Below, in pieces: positions 1 to 10,665 of a DNA stretch of 64,000 nt. Under the pieces are notes generated by a model. The model had not been told where the DNA came from, ran no database searches, and saw only the letters and a list, made by a program, of their open reading frames with translations. This stretch comes from the human T2T-CHM13v2.0 reference genome, Homo sapiens. The stretch lies in NCBI RefSeq assembly GCF_009914755.1, contig NC_060926.1. One strand, written 5' to 3'. The translations under genes and the position numbers were made by a program. Within the stretch, counting starts at the first letter, position 1, and the number at the start of each line of letters is the position of its first letter.

Positions 1-139
1 CTACCATGCCTGGCCAATTTTTATATTTTTTGTAGAGATGGGGTTCCACTATGTTACCCAACCTGGTCTTGAACTACTGGGCTCAAGCAATCCTCCTGCC
101 TCAGCTTCCAAAAGTGCTGGGATTACAGGCTTGAGCCAC
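1..139 (-). mobile_element. AluJ-type SINE (left arm), cut by the window edge and interrupted by THE1; its 5'-terminal bases resume at about 2317-2330
   Basis: Antisense Alu text: TTTTTTGTAGAGATGGGG...GAACTACTGGGCTCAAGCAATCCTCCTGCCTCAGC...GCTGGGATTACAGGCTTGAGCCAC. GGGCTCAAGC is AluJ-like. It continues as GCCACCACGCCTG after THE1. Confidence 0.85.
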
Positions 140-2316
140 TGTATTAGTCCATTTTCACACTGCTGATAAAGACATACTTGATACTGGGCAATTTATAAAA
201 GAAAGAGGTTTAATGGACTTAACAGTTCCACATAGCCGGAGAAGCCTCACAATCATGGTGGAAGGCAAGAAGAAGCAAGTCACGTCTTCATGGATGGCAG
301 CTGGCAAAGAGAGAGCTTGTGTAGGGAAACTCCCATTTTTAAAACCATCAGATCTCATGAAATTTGTTCACTATCATGAGAACAGCATGAGAAAGACCTG
401 CCTCCATGATTCAATTACCTCCCACCAGGTTCTTCCCACAATGTATGAGAATTGTGGGAGTTACAATTCAAGATGAGATTTGGGTTAGAACCCAGCCAAA
501 CCATATAATTTCATCCCCGGCCCCTCCCAAATCTCATGTCCTCACGTTTCAAAACGAATCATGCCCTCCCAATAGTCCCCAAAGTCTCAACACATTTCAG
601 CATTAACTCAAAAGTCCACAGTCCAAAGACTCATCTGAGACAAGGCAAGTCCCTTCCACCAATGAGCCTGTAAAATCAAAAGCAAGTTAGTTACTTCCTA
701 GATACAATGGGGGTACAGGCATCAGGTAAATATAGCCATTCCAAATGAAAGAAATTGGCCAAAACAAAGGGGCTACAGGTCCCATGCAAGTCCAATATCC
801 AAATGAAGCAGTCAAATTTAAAGCTCAAAAATGATCTCCTTTGACTCCATATCTCACACCCAGGTCATGCTGATACAAGAGGTGGGTTAACATGGGTTTT
901 CTAGGGTATAGCCTCTCTCCTGGCTGCCTTCATGTGCTGGCATTGAGTTTCTGTGGCTTTTCCAGGTACATGGTGCAAGTTGTCATCCACACTGCCCTGG
1001 CAGACGTTTTCCATGAGAGCCCTGCCCCTGCAGCAAACTTCTGCCTGCACATCCAGGTGCTTCCATTCATCCTGTGAGATCTAGGTAGAGGTTCCCAAAC
1101 CCCAATTCTTGGCTTCTATGCTCTGGCAGGCTCAAAACCACATGGAAGCTGCCAAGGCTTGATGCTTGCACCCTCTGAAGCCACGGCCAAGGTCTACTTT
1201 GGCCTGTTTCAGCCACGGTTGGAGTGGCTGGGAAACAGGGCACCATATCCGTAGGCTGCACATAGCACTGGGACTCTGGGCCCAGCTCACAAAAAACACT
1301 TTTTTTCTCCTAGACCTCCAGGCCTTTGATGGGAGGGGCTGCTGTGAAGACCTCTGACATGCCCTGTAGAAATTTTCCCCATTGTCTTGGGGAATAACAT
1401 TTGGGTCCTCATTACTTATGCAGATTTCTTCAGTGGGCTTGGATTCCTTCTCAGAAAATGGAATTTTCTTTTCCAGTGCATTGTCAGGCTGCAAAGTTTT
1501 CAAACTTTTATGCTCTGTTTTCCTTATGCCTTTAACAGGACCCAAGTCACATCTTGAATGGTTTGCTGCTTAGAAATTTCTTCCACCAGATAATCATCTC
1601 TTGGAAGTTCAAAGTTCCACAAATCTCTAGGGCAGGGGAAAAATGCTGCCAGTCTCTTTGCTAAAACGCAGCAAGAGTCACTTTACTCCAATTCCCAACA
1701 AGTTCCTCATCTCCATCTAAGACCACCTCAGCCTGGATTTCCTTGTGCATATTACTATCAGCATTTTGTTCAAAGCCATTCAACAAGTCTCTAGGAAGTT
1801 CCAAATGTTCTGCATTTTCCTGTCTTCTCCTGGGCCTTCCAAACTATTCCAACCTCTGCCTGTTACCCAATTCCAAAGCTGCTTTCACATTCCAAAGCTG
1901 CTTTTCAGCAGCACCCCACTCTACTGGTGCCAATTTACTGTATTAGTCCATTTTCATCCTGCTGATAAAGATATACCCAGGCAATTTACCAAAAAAAAAA
2001 AAAAAAAAAAAAAGGTTTAATGGACTTAACAGTTCCATGTGGCTGGGGAAGCCTCACAATCATGGCAGAAGGTGAGGAGGAGCAAGTCATGTCTTTCATG
2101 AATGGCAGCAGGCAAAGAGAGAGCCTGTTCAGGGAAACTCCCATTTTTAAAACCATCAGATCTTGTGAGACTTATTCACTATCATGAGAACAGCACAGGA
2201 AAGACCCACCCCCAAGATTTAATTACCACCCACCAGGTTCTTTCCATCACAGCTGGGAATTGTGGGAGTTACAATTCAAGATGAGATTTCCATGGGGTCA
2301 CAATCAAACCATGTCA
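140..2316 (-). mobile_element. Two-LTR THE1 (ERVL-MaLR, THE1C-like) element: LTRs 140-508 and 1939-2316, internal region 509-1938
   Basis: Both LTRs read TGTATTAGTCCATTTTCA...CAAACCAT(A/G)T(A/C)A. THE1-int lies between them, with an apparent internal deletion near 985. The 5-bp TSD GCCAC is at 135-139 and 2317-2321. Confidence 0.93.
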
Positions 2317-2344
2317 GCCACCACGCCTGATGCAACAAGTTTTT

Positions 2345-2655
2345 AATGATTGAATTTATACTGTGTTCACATGGAGTTAAATTAGAAACCATAATGAAGA
2401 GCTATCTGGAAATTTCCTGAGTACTTGTAAATTAAGCAATATACTTCTAAAAACTAGATCAAGGATGAAATTGCCCAGGAAATTCATTTTATTTTGTACT
2501 TAGTGGAAAAGAAAAAACACAACACAGCCACATGTATGGGATGCAACTAAAGTAGTGATTAGTGAGATTTTTATAAAATTAAATGCCTACATTATGAAAC
2601 ATGAAAGATCTCAATTCACTACATAAAGCTTCCAACATGAAAAATAATAAGAAAA
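2345..2655 (+). mobile_element. Old L1M ORF2 fragment (end of the endonuclease region)
   Basis: Degenerate L1 ORF2 text: ATGGAGTTAAATTAGAAACC, AAATTAAGCAATATACTTCTAAA, GTATGGGATGCAACTAAAGTAGTG, AAATGCCTACATTA...GAAAGATCTCAA. Confidence 0.7.
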
Positions 2656-2659
2656 AGGC

Positions 2660-2824
2660 AGGGATCCACCATCTCATCTCATCACTGACCAAAATACACA
2701 TCGCTTCATAAGTCTCTATTAAATGTTCCTTACTAAGAAACTGGATTTATCACCCTCTTTCTTTGCCCTCTCAGCTTCCTTGGGCCCTGAAGCTCAATTC
2801 CATAGACCCACCAACTGTGAAACA
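2660..2824 (+). mobile_element. 3' portion of an ERV1 LTR (MER39/MER34-like), the 5' LTR of the host of the ERV nest
   Basis: TTCATAAGTCTCTATTAAATG...AGAAACTGGATTT...CTCTCAGCTTCCT ends in ...TGTGAAACA and is followed by TGTGGC and ERV internal sequence. Subfamily uncertain. Confidence 0.55.
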
Positions 2825-3355
2825 TGTGGCAAGCACTAGCCAGGAACTGAGAGACCAAGAAATGCACAACAACCTGAGGCATTTTTAGGCAAAATCTCAG
2901 GTGGCAGCCACTTCGATGTTGAGTGGCATGGCTCACCTTTTGAATGCTTGTAGGTGAGTATGGAGATGCCCTGAAAATGTGAAGTGTTTAGAGTCACCTG
3001 TACTCCTGTTCTCAGTGATTGTTAGCTGAGAGACAGCACATGCAGTAAGAAGGGCAGCCAGCGGCTACTGCAGTGGATGGTTGCTTCTGTGGGCTGCTTG
3101 GTTGGTGCTGGAGCCCAGGTAGCAGCAGAAGCAGAATAAAATTGCTTCAGTAGGAATTACAACTAGAAAAACGTTATTCTTAAAAAACTCTATAGACAAA
3201 AGTCGACTTTGTTAAAACTGACATTTGGGCTATTCATGTATACATAGGTATTCTTTTAATACCCTTTTTCTTTCTCTGTAAAACATCTCAGTCAACTGAA
3301 TCTTATCTGCTTCTCCATTTGCTTCTATCTGCCTCTCCTTCCTCTTACAACCCTT

Positions 3356-4059
3356 TGTTAGGGATGGAAGGTCACCAAGTTACTGGTGGTGAATCCATAT
3401 GTGTCTGCAGCAACCTCAATTCTTGCTTGCTCAGAAAAAAGAATTTGAGTGAGGGGCATGAGGCAGAAAAACACAGAGACTGAGGCAAGTTTCAGAGTAG
3501 GAGTAAACATTTATTAAAAAGCTTTAGAACATGAAAGAAAGGAAGGTGCACTTGGAAGGCACCCAAGCGAGCATTGTGAACATCAAGTGCAGCATTTAAC
3601 CTTCATCCTATGACTTTATATGCTGACCCTCTCCTGGCATCTTGCACCGCTTTCCCATGATTCTTTGCTTGGGTGGGCTGCCGGCATGCACAGTGCCCTT
3701 CTTAGGCTTTGGGCGTGAGCATGGGCAGTGTGTTTTGGAAATTGTATGCATGCCCATGTGAGACTTTCTTCCCTTTCCAGTGGTATACCCCCCGAAGGTC
3801 CTACTCTTGCCATTTTGTCTCTTAATGCACATGCCCAGGAAGTTGCCTCTCTCTGGTGCCTACATTTAATTAACACTTTAATGTGGCAGCTGTGGACCAT
3901 CAGGAGATTGTCTCTCCCTGGCGCCAGCTGCCAAATTATCATTTTTAGCGAGGCAGTGTGATAACTGTCGAACCATACCCAATGATCGTTTGACATTCCT
4001 AGTGGGTGGGGGAAGAGCCCTCTCCTGCCCTGCTCATGTGTGTCTAACTACCTGTAACA
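3356..4059 (-). mobile_element. Solo LTR, MER50-like (ERV1)
   Basis: TG...CA termini. The minus strand starts TGTTACAGGTAGTTAGACACACATGAGCAGGGCAGGAGAGGGC. The 4-bp TSD CCTT is at 3352-3355 and 4060-4063. Confidence 0.8.
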
Positions 4060-5343
4060 CCTTGATGCCAAAGGACAGACGAACCTTAAAAAATGAAATT
4101 TCTGACAGCCTGGGATCCCTTAGGAAAAACAGAAAGGTGCCAAAGACTCTGTTGTTTGGAGGAACGTGTTTTTCCTCAGGGAATCCCAAGCACTGTAAGC
4201 AGACAAATTCCCCTTAGGTCTAAGGCTCTGCGGTCTTTTGGTCTTTGTTATTATGTTACTTGATTGCTTTGGCTTTTCAGAGCTATGAGAAAATGCTTGG
4301 TATTGTGGGAGGACTGGACTCTGGTGTATAGTGGCTTTTAGTCATGAGAGCTACAGTGTTAGTCATAGCAGACAGCAGTGTTGTTTGTAAGTGGTTATTA
4401 CTATAGGGAACTACTTGGCTCTTTGCATGTTTTGGCCCTAAAACTTTCCTGATGTTGTTCCTTAAAGGGCTCTACCCTAAAGCTAGTAATCTAATTAAGG
4501 AACAAGCCAAGTTAAAAGACTACCTATCAAACTAAATCACTCTTTTAAATTGTTTGTAAAAGAAATTTACATCTTTAAAGAAAATCTCCCATTTGTAAGG
4601 GCATTTCTGTCTCTGCACTGAAACCACTAGGAACTCTATGGGGAAGACAATGGCTTAAAGTTTATGTAACAAACCATGCTTTTGTTTAGATCTAAGTTCT
4701 GTAACTTTGAGATGTAAATTTTCCCCTTCATAGGTGGCCTTTAAAAGGGAGGTTTGGCCTTTAAAAATCAAACTGCCATGGAGGCTGCTTTACCTGTAAT
4801 TTTGGTTCACAGCCTCATTGGATTATCTATTGGCACAAACAAGGTAAAATCTGCAAGCTTGTGTTGCTATCCCATGGCTAAGGTTCCAAGCTATTGGGTC
4901 TTTGTTTATGAGTGTATATACATGTCTAAATGTGTTTGTTTGTATGTACACTTATTGTTATGTGTTGTGAGCACAAACTGGTTTATAAGTAAAAGAGTGC
5001 AAAAAAAAATAAGTCTAAGCAATTTGCAAGTTCACCTGACTTAAGTATAACTTTACTAAACAAGCTGGCTTTACGGTTATTGGTGAATAAAAATAGAAAT
5101 GCCTTCAGAATTGTCAGCACACATTTTGTCTGAATTTTATGTTTGTCTTTGCTAGATATTTTAACATTTCAGTGTTTGGCAGAGAAGGTTGTAAAACTAT
5201 ACATCCAGCGAAAACAAAATGATCTTTGTTTGTGTGTTTTGTTTGGATGAATGAGAGTAATTTATGAAAGAAAAATATTTTGGGCCTCTAAAATCACGAA
5301 GCTGAAGGGAAAATTCAAGCTGGGAATGCTTAGACAAACCTGC

Positions 5344-5457
5344 TGTTAGAAATAGATAATCGGTGCCATGAAGAAAAGTCAGCATGGAGACAAAGGATTT
5401 CTCCACAAGGCCCTTTTTATTTTCTGCCGAAAGGGTGCTCCCCGCAGATGGAACAAT
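5344..5457 (-). mobile_element. Inverted R-U5 fragment of an LTR10 variant in place of the 5' LTR
   Basis: It is the reverse complement of an LTR10 3' end: TGTTAGAAAT...CAAGGCCCTTTTTATTTTCTGCCGAAAGGGTGCTCCCCGCAGATGGAACAAT aligns antisense to 10277-10395. Confidence 0.85.
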
Positions 5458-5468
5458 TTTGACAATTT

Positions 5469-5489
5469 TGGTGTCAATCCGTATGGGGA
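5469..5489 (+). other. Degenerate primer-binding site, tRNA-Ile-like
   Basis: TGGTGTCAATCCGTATGGGGA versus the tRNA-Ile(AAU) complement TGGTGGCCCGTACGGGGA. Confidence 0.65.
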
Positions 5490-6038
5490 CCCGTTCTCCT
5501 CTGGCAGTGGTCTCTAGTCCTCTCTCATGAGGAGGTGTCCCGTCACCTTGTTTCGGTGGCCTCAGGGGTGAGGAATCAAGACCCACCCAGTGTGACAAAT
5601 AAACCCAGACTCTCAGCAATGTGGAAAGAAACCGGCCAGCAACCTGGGGTAAAGGATTCTCACATACCGCGGCAACAACTCTGTGTACAGAACAAGGAAG
5701 CAAAAGCCACAGGAGCCAGTAAAGTACTTCCCTGGCGGTCAGATTCTGGAGGGCTGAATGTGTGTGTGCATGAATAATCACAGACAACCCTGCTTGTGGT
5801 GTTGTTTGTGTGGATGGTGACAAGTCCTACTGCTGGACAGAGTGAGTAGGTCCTCTCTGCAGTTTCTTAGCTACCTCATATGGCTTAGGGTGGATCCTGC
5901 TGTGGGATTTATACCAGCGTGCCAATGCTAAGAGGGGCCTAATTCTCCCTCTGGGGAGTGGCCAGAGAGGATAACATGACTGAGAAGTGTGCGAGGGACC
6001 TTCAGAGGGGGAAAGTGAGGAAACAGTTCAACCTCCCA

Positions 6039-6132
6039 GGGCAGGCAAAGCAAGACATCCCTGGTTTAAGGGGTTGAGTCTTCTGGGGCAGGCAAGGCAA
6101 GACATCCCTGGTTTGAGGGGTTGAGCCTTCCA
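6039..6132 (+). repeat. Two-copy 47-bp tandem repeat in the proviral leader
   Basis: GGGCAGGCAA(A/G)GCAAGACATCCCTGGTTT(A/G)AGGGGTTGAG(T/C)CTTC starts at 6039 and again at 6086. Confidence 0.85.
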
Positions 6133-6168
6133 GTAATTTCAGGAGATTGAACCTGACAAGTACCCAAC

Positions 6169-6520
6169 ATGGGAAATGTTTCTAGTAAAACAAGGACAGG
6201 GAGTAAAGATGACTCAGGGAAAGGTGAAGGTGATCAGATTTCTTCTAGTAGTCCTTCAGGGTGTATGTTAATATATTAGAAGGATAATGAAAGGACCAAA
6301 ATCAAGAAAAAGCAGCTGCTGTCCCAGACCCTTCTCCTATCCCTGTTGTCCTCCTCTTTATAACCCTGCCTCTTGGGAATCATCCCAAAAGCTCACTCAC
6401 TACCAGCCTAAGTACCCAGGGGGCCAAAACCTATAAAGAACACAGAACCCAACTCTCCAGGCAATATAAAGGGTGAAAGAGTAAAGCCAGGAGACCCATA
6501 GGAAGAAAAAAAAAATCTTA
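6169..6520 (+). pseudogene. gag: HERV-I gag remnant (heavily deleted)
   Basis: The ATG at 6169 gives MGNVSSKT, a myristoylation-type start, followed by disrupted matrix-like and proline-rich sequence. Confidence 0.55.
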
Positions 6521-6625
6521 GAAGAGAGAAAAAGAGACAGAGAGACAAAGAGGGAGTCAAAGAGACAGAGACAGAGAGTCAAAGAGAGAGAGAGAAAAAG
6601 AGACAGACAGAAGTAGTAAAGAGAA
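6520..6625 (+). repeat. GA-rich low-complexity tract within the provirus
   Basis: GAAGAGAGAAAAAGAGACAGAGAGACAAAGAGGGAGTCAAAGAGACAGAGAC... Confidence 0.8.
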
Positions 6626-6729
6626 AGCAATGTACCCTATTCCTTTAAAAGCCAGGGTAAATTTAAAACCTATAATTGATAATTGAAAGTCTTCTCTGTG
6701 ACCCTATAACACTCCAATACTGCCTGTAA

Positions 6730-7910
6730 AGAAGCCAGACGGGTCACACCGGTGAGTGCAAGACCTTCGAGCTATTAATCAGATAGTCCAAACTACCCGC
6801 CCTGTCATTATAGTAATAGACTTAAAAGATGCCTTCTGGGCTTGTCCGTTAGCAGAGGACAACTGGGACCTATTTGCCTTTGAGTGTGAATACCCTCACT
6901 CCAGTCAAAAATAGCAATACTGATAGACATTCTGACCCCAAGGGTTTATGGAGTCTTCAAATTTATTTAGTCAAATATTAGAACAAGTCATTTAATTAGC
7001 AAAGGTAAATGGCTAATTGAGCTTGAACGGATTAAAGGCATCATATCCTTTCCTCTGCCGTGGACTAAACAAGAACTTAGGAAATTTTAAGATTAGTCAG
7101 ATACTGTCGTCTATGGATAGATTCTTATGCCCTAAAAACAAAACCCTTATACAAGAAGCTCATGCAAGACTGGAAAAACCCCCTCCTCATTTGGTGATTA
7201 CCAGAAATCCAACAGGTGGAAAGGTTAAAACATCTATTAGTTTGAACTGCCCCTGTCCTAGTTTTACCCTCCTTAAGCAGCCATTCCACCTTGTTGTCAG
7301 TATAAACAAGGGTGTAGCCTGAAAGCATGGAGGCCACAGACAATCAAAAATTCTGTGATAACCTTCCTATCAAAAATTCTTAACCCAGTAACCCACGGAT
7401 GGCCCAAATGCATTCAGTCTGTAGTGGCAACTGCTTTGCCAACAGAAGAAAGTAGAAAAATAACTTTTAAAGGAAACCCCATTATGAGCACACCTCACCA
7501 GGTCAGAACTATCCTAAGTCAACAAAAGCGAAAAAGTAGCTTACTGACTCAAGAACCTTAAAGTATGAGGCTATTCTGTTAGAAAAAGATGATTTAACAT
7601 TAACCACTGATAATTCCCTTAACTCAGCAGGTCTTCTAACAGGAGATCTAAACCTTAATTAATGACCATACAGAGGTCTGACCAGACCTAGGAGGAACTC
7701 CCTTCAGGGCAGGATGATAGACGGTTTCTCCTGGGTGACTGAGGGAAGAAGACACTATGGGTATCCAGTAACTGATAGGGAAACAAACTCTTGTAGAAAT
7801 GAAGTTAGGAAAATTGCCTAATAATTGGTCTGCTCAAATGTGTGAGCTGTTTGTACTCAGCCAAGCCTTAAAGTACTTACAGAACCAGGAAGGAACCATC
7901 TATACCAATT
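6730..7910 (+). pseudogene. pol: HERV-I pol remnant (RT, tether, RNase H; deleted and frameshifted)
   Basis: Translated pieces QDLRAINQIVQ, VIDLKDAFWACPLAED..DLFAFE, PQGFMESSNLFSQILEQV, GWPKCIQSVVATAL, NNWSAQMCELF and QEGTIYTNSK. The YxDD region appears to be deleted. Confidence 0.85.
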
Positions 7911-9039
7911 CTAAGTTAATTTGGACTAAATGATGTCTTATTAATTGCGAAGGATAATTAAAATCCCAAACACAAAGTTTTCAACAAAAGTAAAATTTGC
8001 TAAAAGTTAACAGTGTAATATGTATTCATCCTAACTTCTAATTTTATGGCCTTAGGCAGTCTAGTCGACAAACATGAAGGAAGTTCGCTTTGGAAAAGGA
8101 TGGCTATCATCTTAAAAAAAAAGGGTGGGGGGAGAATTTATGTAAAAAGAATGTCATATGGTAAATTCTTGTCTTAAAATAAATTAACTGGTTGTCTAAA
8201 GAAAGGGATGTTTACAAGTCAGAAAGTTGAGACATGTCAAAGATTGTCTGTGAAAGTCATGAAAAGTTATAAAAGGGAATTTATGCAAGAAATGTTGTAC
8301 AATTTAAAAGAAATTAGGCCTCCTGAATGTAAAACTATTGAAAAAACAGTTTATATGCAAGGTGTGTAAGGAAAGTAAAATATACTTTTGGTAAAAGGAT
8401 TTTAAGGAGGCATAAGAATGTGGATTTTTACCTACATTAAAAGGTTGAAAAATGTTATCCAAACCCCTTATAAAGGAAATCTTGTTCCAGCTACATCAAG
8501 GAGCCCCAAAGGGTCCCTCAGAGACGACATAAGTAAAACTAAGGAAAAGGAAATGTCTCAGCAAGAAGGCACTGGGGAGTATAAAGTCCACTGCTAATGT
8601 CCCCGTATTTAAAACAAAGGATCAATTTACTAAAAATTGTATACTTGGTCTCTCTTCCACTTTCCCTTCCCTCAAAACCAAAAGTCTTTTAGCACAGGTA
8701 CCACCCCTAGAATTTCCAGTAAACCAGCACCAGCCTAAGAACCACATCATCATGAAAAGGGTGGAAACTGGGGAAACTCAAGCCAGCCTGGGAAGAAGCC
8801 TACCTTGTGCTGCTAACCACCAAGACTGCCGTTCGCACAGCAGAAAAGGATGGACACATCATACCCGAGTCAATAAAGTGTCATCACCATCAGAGTCATG
8901 GGCCATTGTTCCAGGGTCAAGCTCTACCAAGTTAAAGCTAAGAAAACATAATCTAGCTATCTTTTCTTCCTTTTAACTACTTCCCATCTTATTATTATTA
9001 ATATAACTAGATCTAACTCATCTCAAGTTATTACTTTTA

Positions 9040-9660
9040 ATGCCTATTTCCTTATACCTTACGGAGATTGACAAGACCAAAGTCTCTATAGCAAAAGTAA
9101 AATACCTAAAGCAAACAATAACAATTAAGACAGGGTATCAGGATGTAAATGCCTGGCTAAAATGGATTAAATACTCCATCTGCACTCCAAATAAAAGCAA
9201 CTGTTACACTTGTGCACACAGTAGACCAGAGGCCCAGATTGTCCCTTTTCCACTGGGATGGTCCTCAAACCAAGCAGACATGGATTGCACGGTAGCTCTT
9301 TTTCAAGATTCCACTGCCTGGAATAACAAATTGTGCCAAGCTCTTTCTCTGCTATTTCCTGAAGTTCAACACCCTGCGGGTCAGCCCCCGAGGGCCATCC
9401 AGCCTCCATCTTCCAAGACCAATTTTACCTCGTGTCTCCAATGACAAGGGGAAAATTTTGGCATTCCTTGGAGACTTAACAGGATGCAGTGAAGTTAGGC
9501 ACTTCCAAGAGCTGACCCATCAGTCCGTTCTTATTCATCCCCAAAAGGATGTATGGTGGTATTATGGAGGATCTTTACTAGACACTCTGCCAAATAATTA
9601 GAGCAGTACTTATGCCCTAGTTCAATTGGCTATCCCTTCTACCCTGGCATTTCATCAACC
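9040..9660 (+). pseudogene. env: HERV-I env (SU) remnant; open 134-codon piece at 9040-9444
   Basis: TGYQDVNAWLKWIKYS...KSNCYTCAHSRPEAQIVPFPLGW has a CxxC motif, and a downstream DVWWY-like segment lies in another frame. The TM subunit is absent. Confidence 0.8.
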
Positions 9661-9840
9661 AGAAAAAGAAAAAAAAAAAAAAAAGCATAGCCTCAATTCT
9701 TACCTCTATAACAACTATAAGTATACTCCTTCTTCTTAGGTGTTATGTTGTACTGTACATCCAGGAGTTAATCAAAACAACTAAGCCAAGACATGTTAAA
9801 CAAGTTTGAAGAGGAACTATGAAGTAAAATAAGAGGAAAT

Positions 9841-10395
9841 TGTAGAAAGTAGAAAAGTTCCTCTTCAAAGCTTGTCTTTGTTTAAAAATAAAATAACAGA
9901 CACTAGAAATAATAGCTTCTTACTCTAAAGCCTCCTATCAACTATTAGTTCTTACACTTTGGCCCAGTTAGTTGCTTTGTCTTAGTCAGGCATGTCTTGG
10001 CAGGCCCAGGCAAGTCTTAGCTCATAGCTTATGCCCCTTCTTTATTTGGAAATGTTATTGCTTCCTTAAGCCTTTCATAAGCAACTTCCTCTCCTGCTTT
10101 ATTCTCCCTTGCACTTACCTGTTTAGGAAAATTTTAGGTTATTAGCAAATCAGCTATCAGTTTAAGACTGTGAGGTCCAGCACCAGCCAATGGATGTAGG
10201 ACACAGCAGTAAGGACAACCCAAATGTGTAAGGGATAAATATGTCTGCTTTTCCTTTGTTCAAGCGGGCTCTCACCATTGTTCCATCTGCCATGAGCACC
10301 CTTTTTGCAGAAAGTAAAAATGGCCTTGCTGAGAGAAATAAATTTATGTTTGAGTGCTATTTCTCTGTGGCACCAGGAAACAAGCATTTCTAACA
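9841..10395 (+). mobile_element. 3' LTR, LTR10 family (p53-site-bearing LTR10B/C/D/E type rather than LTR10A/F)
   Basis: TGTAGAAAG...TTTCTAACA termini, CCAAT at 10187-10191, TATA-like GATAAATA at 10234-10241, AGTAAA at 10313-10318 and AATAAA at 10337-10342. Confidence 0.88.
9988..10017 (+). promoter_or_regulatory. Candidate p53 response element (three tandem half-sites) in LTR10
   Basis: AGGCATGTCT TGGCAGGCCC AGGCAAGTCT: half-sites 1 and 3 match RRRCWWGYYY perfectly and the middle one has two mismatches. LTR10 subfamilies are known carriers of p53 sites. Confidence 0.65.
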
Positions 10396-10665
10396 CCTGC
10401 TTTCCATTCTATTCAAAGTCAATCCTCTGCTCACTGAAATAAATGCATATCTGATTGCCTCCTTTGGAAAGGTTAATCAGAAACTCAAAAGAATGCAACC
10501 ATTTTTCTTCACCTGCCTATGACCTGGAAGCCCCCAAGCTCCCTCCCCTCTTCGAGTTGTTTCCCCTTTTCAGACAGAACCAGTGTTCATTTTACATATG
10601 TTGATTGATGTCTGGTGTCTCCCTCATTAAAAGTGGAAGAATTTAGTACAATGAATGGGATAAAT

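Larger units (their letters stand above)
5344..10395 (+). mobile_element. Defective HERV-I family (LTR10/HERVIP10-like) provirus with an abnormal 5' end
   Basis: The 5-bp TSD CCTGC is at 5339-5343 and 10396-10400. It has a tRNA-Ile-like PBS, gag/pol/env remnants, a purine tract at ~9826-9839 and a complete 3' LTR10 at 9841-10395. Confidence 0.88.
5263..10625 (+). mobile_element. MER4A1-like LTR split by the HERV-I provirus (5263-5343 and 10396-10625), 3' truncated
   Basis: TATGAAAGAAAAATATTTTGGGCCTCTAAAATCAC...AAGCTGGGAATGCTTAGACAAACCTGC joins directly to CCTGCTTTCCATTCTATTCAAAGTC...AGAAACTCAAAAGAATGCAACC once the insert and one TSD copy are removed. Confidence 0.85.

Noticed and set aside
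155-2284. Several short ORFs with similar peptides (e.g. KPSDLVRLIHYHENS), also at 20001-20189
   Set aside because: They are translations of THE1 LTR copies, not a paralogous gene family.
5197-5823. 208-aa minus-strand ORF
   Set aside because: It runs antisense across three unrelated pieces (HERV-I leader, inverted LTR fragment, MER4A1/host) and has no recognisable motif, so it is a chance ORF.
6039-6132. Repeated 47-mer as a CRISPR-like array
   Set aside because: There are only two adjacent copies with no spacers, inside a retroviral leader in primate DNA.
9040-9444. env ORF as a possible domesticated syncytin- or suppressyn-like gene
   Set aside because: It is only 134 codons with no evident signal peptide, is frameshifted downstream and lacks the TM subunit.
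9789-9807. Second p53-like site AGACATGTTAAACAAGTTT upstream of the 3' LTR
   Set aside because: The two decamers overlap by one base, so the spacing is not canonical.
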